Shown here piece by piece: positions 57,082 to 64,000 of a DNA stretch of 64,000 nucleotides. The DNA is from the human T2T-CHM13v2.0 reference genome, Homo sapiens. A program made the position numbers and the translations under genes. Location: the NCBI RefSeq assembly GCF_009914755.1, contig NC_060929.1; one strand, 5' to 3'. A model generated the notes under the pieces. That model made no database searches, had not been told where the DNA came from, and saw only the letters and a list, made by a program, of their open reading frames with translations. How positions within the stretch are numbered: position 1 is the stretch's first letter; every line of letters starts with the position of its first letter.

Positions 57082-57545
57082 AGTCTTAGTCTGTGTCCTC
57101 TCCAAAGCAGAGCCTCAGATAAAGACTATGTGTGGATAACTTACTTAGAATGTGATCTTAGGCGTGGGAGTGAGGGTTGAGGGAATTAAGCAGTGAAAGC
57201 CAATCTAAAGGCAATTTAACCATTGCTACAGCAGCATATGGTGCAATCACACAGGATCGTCTAAGTAGGATCCTCTTCTTGGCTAGCCAAGGGTGGTCCT
57301 CTGGGGCATTAACTCCTCTGCACTCTGGGTTCATTACATATGAGTGTCAAGAGAGTAACCACTAGAGTGTCACATGATGACAACAGAGAATTGCTAAGGT
57401 CAGAAGCCAAAAGTGCATGTGTAGGCCAAGGTGAGGTGCTGTCAAAATAGAGCACAAAAGTTGCTCAAAGCCTGTGCAGAACTATACTAATGGCTGGAAT
57501 AAGGCCAAGAGGATTTAAAGTGATGCACAAGAGGCATGCAATGCA
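57082..57545 (-). mobile_element. LTR16-like ERVL LTR
   Basis: CCAAAGCAGAGCCTCAGATAAAGAC...GTGATC resembles the LTR16 family end. Confidence 0.55.
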
Positions 57546-57953
57546 GTCCATTCTCTCAGATTTACTCAGAGAGTACATTATGTCCTCTTCAATTGGTGGT
57601 TGGCCACAATATCTGCAGAAATTTAACATAAGTGAAACAACTATAGTCTCTGCTCCTTCACTCCCATTCTAGATTTTCTTTATTTTTAACCAGTTCTCTG
57701 ACTGATCTAAGTTGTTCGTTTGTTGGATTAGTGCAGAGCCTCACCCCTGAGGTTTTGAGGACTTAGCTGCCTTGGTCTGGTCAGGCTGTGATTACTAAAG
57801 TTGCCCAGGCACTATTGTCACGAGATATATGTCCTATAACAGCATCTTTGCTGCCTTCTACTACGTCTTAAAACCAATGCCATACAGTTCAGGTTTTATT
57901 TCATCAACACCCTACTTGTAGGTACCATTTATTATATCACCCAAATTTTGTAA

Positions 57954-58307
<354 letters not shown>

Positions 58308-58707
58308 AACTAGCATTTATTTCTCACTTTCACTTCTTTGGATCCACTGGGGGCAATTCTGCTCCATATGTCTTATTCTGGCTCCTGGGTTGAAAGGATA
58401 GCAGTTAAGTGGGGTATGTTTTTTTCTTATGAGAATGGCTGAAGCACAAGAAAGCACCTTTCAAATTTCTGTTTGTGTCATGTGTGCTAATATCCCACTG
58501 ACCAAATGGAATCATGGTGTCCTAGTTGAAAATCAAGCATGGGAAAGTATAGTCTTCCTGCTCTGAGGAGCGGGATTGGTGTGGATATACAATTCTATAG
58601 AAAGAAAGCAAAGAATTGAGACCAATCCACCACAGGAAGTAAAACAGGAAAGGAGAGAAAGCCAGTATAGAACACAGAAAATCATGTGTTCCTAAATTGG
58701 CTACTGT

Positions 58708-59674
<967 letters not shown>

Positions 59675-60284
59675 CTGCTACATGTAACCGATATGAAATT
59701 CTGAGGGACTTCCTGAGAAGTTTTAGGAAAGTTGCCTTAGAAGTGTTTGTCTAGGGGAAAGAGGAAACGTCCCTCCATAGTTACTTCTATTCAGCAGTAC
59801 ATATGTGAGTGCTGAGTAGGTTCCTGGGGGTGCTCCATGCTGAAATGTCACAGAAGCCATTGGGCAGGCAGAAAGTCAGAGGCTGGCAGCACACTCCTGA
59901 AACAATGCACTGTCAGTTTTCACCGGTGCAATGTGGAAGACAGGGTGGAACTACTCAAGCCAAGAGGATTGGAAATGCACAGGGTACAGCTACTATCACA
60001 TCTCCCACTTTGGTATTTACTTTAATACTTGCATTCATTCTTCCTGAACCTGCAGTGCCACACACCAGTGGACATTTAATTCTGGCTCTCATTTTAGTAA
60101 AATCTCACTCTCAATGATGCCTTAATTTAATATATTTAATATTGATTGATTGAGGCTTTGAATGTTATCACACAGACATTTGTTTTTCAAGAAGGGGAAC
60201 ATTGAGATTTGCACTTCTGACCAAGATAGAATAACAGGAATTGGGATTTATCCTCCTGCATGAAACAACTAAAAAACCAGCCAA

Positions 60285-60440
60285 CGGGAGGCTGAGGCAG
60301 GAGAATGGTGTGAACCTGGGAGGCAGAGCTTGCACTCCAGCCTGGGCAACAGAGCAAGACTCTGTCTCAAACAAACAAACAAACAAACAACAACAAAAAA
60401 AAACAAAAACCAACAACAAACAAAAAACAAAACAAAAAAA
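60285..60440 (+). mobile_element. 5'-truncated AluY right arm with internal deletion
   Basis: Starts CGGGAGGCTGAGG; GCTTGCA^CTCCAG deletion; TSD ACCAGCCAA. Confidence 0.88.
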
Positions 60441-61140
60441 CACCAGCCAAATATATCAGACCACATTTTGCAGGACGTTGGACATCCAATAACAGAGAAA
60501 AGTGATCTGCTAGAGACAGGAAACAAATGAGAGAAACCTTATAATTGCCCCAGCTCACGGCCTAGAGAGTATACAGGACATAGCATAGGACAGAGGAACG
60601 CAGATAGAGCCTGGTAGTCTCAGGGATTTGAAGAGACAGAGCTGGGAGCACAGGGAGGTCAAAGCAGGTAAGAGATTGCAGGTCAGAGTACTTGGGAAAA
60701 GAGCACTGCACAGAAAAAGATAGCTCTGGAGATCTGCCTAAGGTCAGTCTTGAGTCTTCAGCTGAGTACAAATCTGTGCACACCAGGGAGAGGACCATCT
60801 TGAAAGGATTAGAGAGAACAACCTCTGGTGCTCACAAGGGGCAGGGCATATAATTCTTGTTGCCACCAGCCAGAGCAGAAAATCTCATAATTCATGGGGT
60901 TCCATGGTTGAGTATTTAGAACAGTTTTGTCTTAGTGGTGGGGCAAAAATTGACCTGATTTATCTGGTTCTGCCCAACAAATCTTAAAAGCAAAACCTGA
61001 AAGGATTAAATTGTTTCTAAGTATTTTAACTGAATCCCAGAACAAAGCTCAAAAATATTTATGGGAATATAAATGTTTTCTAACATCTAAAAGAGTAAAA
61101 TTTACAATTTATGGTGTCCAATAAAAAAAATCACCAGCCA

Positions 61141-61454
<314 letters not shown>

Positions 61455-61582
61455 ACCAGCCAAGCAAAGAAACAGAAAACTAGAACCAATAATGAAGAAA
61501 AAAAAAATCAATGAATCAAAACTGACTCAGACATGACACAGATGATAGACTTAATAGATAAGGGCATTAAAACAGTTGTTAT

Positions 61583-61938
<356 letters not shown>

Positions 61939-62431
61939 TCATAAAAAATTCTAAATTGAAATTCTAGAGATGAAAACTAGAATGTATGAGATCAAAAATA
62001 TACTGAATCAGATTAATGGAAGATAAATATTGCAGAGGGAAATGTTGGTGTATTTGAACAAATAACGATAAAGATGATTGAAAATGAAACAGGGAAAAAA
62101 TAATTTTTTAAAAAGAGCCAAACATCGGTGAGTTGTGAAACAATTTAAAGCATCTGGCTCCTGCAGGGTGCATAGCTTCCCCAGTGCCCACCTTCTGCAG
62201 TGTAGATGGAGCCTCCTGCAGTGACCTCCTGAAGTGTGGCCAGCTTCTCTAATGGTGTATCTGGCTTCTGCAGTGTGTAGCTGTCAACAGCACTCGGGTG
62301 CCAGCAGCTTCTTCCAACTCCCCCTCAGCAGTTTTATAGGGGACTACCTCTACCAAGACAGCTCCCCATCAACAGCTTTCCCTAACAACCTGGAAAGGAG
62401 ATTTTTGGCAAGTTTTGGATGGTAGATTTCT

Positions 62432-62740
62432 TTTCTTTCTTTTTTCTTTTTTTGAAACAGAGTCTCTCTTTGTCACCTAGGCTGGAGTGCAGTGGCAAAA
62501 TCTAGGCTCACTGCAGCCTCAACCTCCTGAACTCAAGCTATCCTCCCATCTCAGCCTCTTAAATAGCTGGCATTAAAGGCGTGCACCACCAGGCGTATAC
62601 CAGCTAATTTTTTTATTTTTTGTAGAAATGAGGTCTCACTGTGTTGCCCAGGCTGGTCTGGAACTCCCAGGCTTAAGCCATCATAATCTCTCAGCCTCCC
62701 AAACTGCTGGGATTACAGACCTGAACCACCGTGCCTAGCC
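62432..62740 (-). mobile_element. AluJ
   Basis: J-type dimer; TSD TTGGATGGTAGATTTCT. Confidence 0.93.
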
Positions 62741-62891
62741 TTGGATGGTAGATTTCTATCAACTTTTGTTGGCATGGTACCACAGTGGCTTTTCTGCCAT
62801 TGGTAAACCACAACCATGCCCTGTCTAACAAGGTCTGGATCTTAGCTCCACAGTAGTTGTGAATCCTTATAGGAAACAGTTCTGCATTTCC

Positions 62892-63244
<353 letters not shown>

Positions 63245-63630
63245 TAAACTCTGACTAATATACTTCCTAACTCATTCTATGAGACTGTTATTACCCTGAT
63301 ATTAAATAAAATGAAGGCAACATAAGAAAAGTACAAAATTATGTCCTTCATAATTATAGATACAAAAATTATAAATAAAATTTTAAGAAATCAAATGCAA
63401 TCTGTCAAAAAGGTAATATATTATGTCCAGTAGGGCTTATCCAAAGAATGCAAAATTGGTTCAATATTTAAATGTAATTGAACATTATATCAAACTAAAA
63501 ATGAAAAATCGTATGATAATCTTAATACAGAAAAGACAATTTACTAAATCCACTATCTATTCCTGAAAAATACTCTCAGCAAACTAAAAGAAGCAAAATT
63601 CCTAAACCTAATAAAGGTCATCTATAAAAC

Positions 63631-63757
63631 AAACAAATAAATAAAAAATAAATAAATGTAAAACAGTTATTATAGCTATGTTCCCTATGTTCAAAAGTTG
63701 TCATAAAAAATTCTAAATTGAAATTCTAGAGATGAAAACTCGAATGTATGAGCTAGT
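63631..63757 (+). repeat. Young templated copy of 61861-61990
   Basis: 63659-63752 equals 61897-61990 at 93/94 positions. Confidence 0.95.
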
Positions 63758-64000
63758 CTGCAGCTAATATCGTGCTTAATGATGAAAGATAATTTACCTC
63801 TGAAATCACTAACAAAACAAGAATGGCCACTTCAGCCTCTGGTCCAATATGGATAGAACCTGTGAGAACGGACCTGTGCATACTAGTGCACTCAGACTAG
63901 AAAAAGAAGTAAAAGGTATCTAGATGGGAAAGAAACAAATAAAACTGTTTTGTTTCTCAGACAACTTGATAATCTGATGGAATGTATTAAAAAATGACTA

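Overview
Primate, almost certainly human, AT-rich intronic or intergenic DNA. It is dense in transposable elements: about 50 Alu-family copies, L1/L2/MIR fragments, hAT and mariner MITEs, and several solo LTRs. No protein-coding gene is supported; the ORF track is almost entirely Alu/LTR/L1-derived. One weak + strand terminal-exon candidate lies at 40688-40930. Most unusual structures: (1) a MADE1 (Hsmar1) MITE at 8222-8977 split open by a ~340-bp copy of DNA from ~2 kb upstream; (2) a nest at 29.1-30.9 kb where one Alu inside an MSTB LTR carries both a HERV-K LTR5_Hs and a HERV-H LTR7 solo LTR, 151 bp apart; (3) a perfect 43-nt tailless 5S rRNA retrocopy with a target-site complementarity signature; (4) two more locally templated insertions at 48.7 and 63.6 kb. 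Repeat family names come from recalled consensus sequences, not a database search, and old-element boundaries are approximate. I found no evidence of a new gene-encoded system; the novelty here concerns DNA-repair scars and retroelement architecture.
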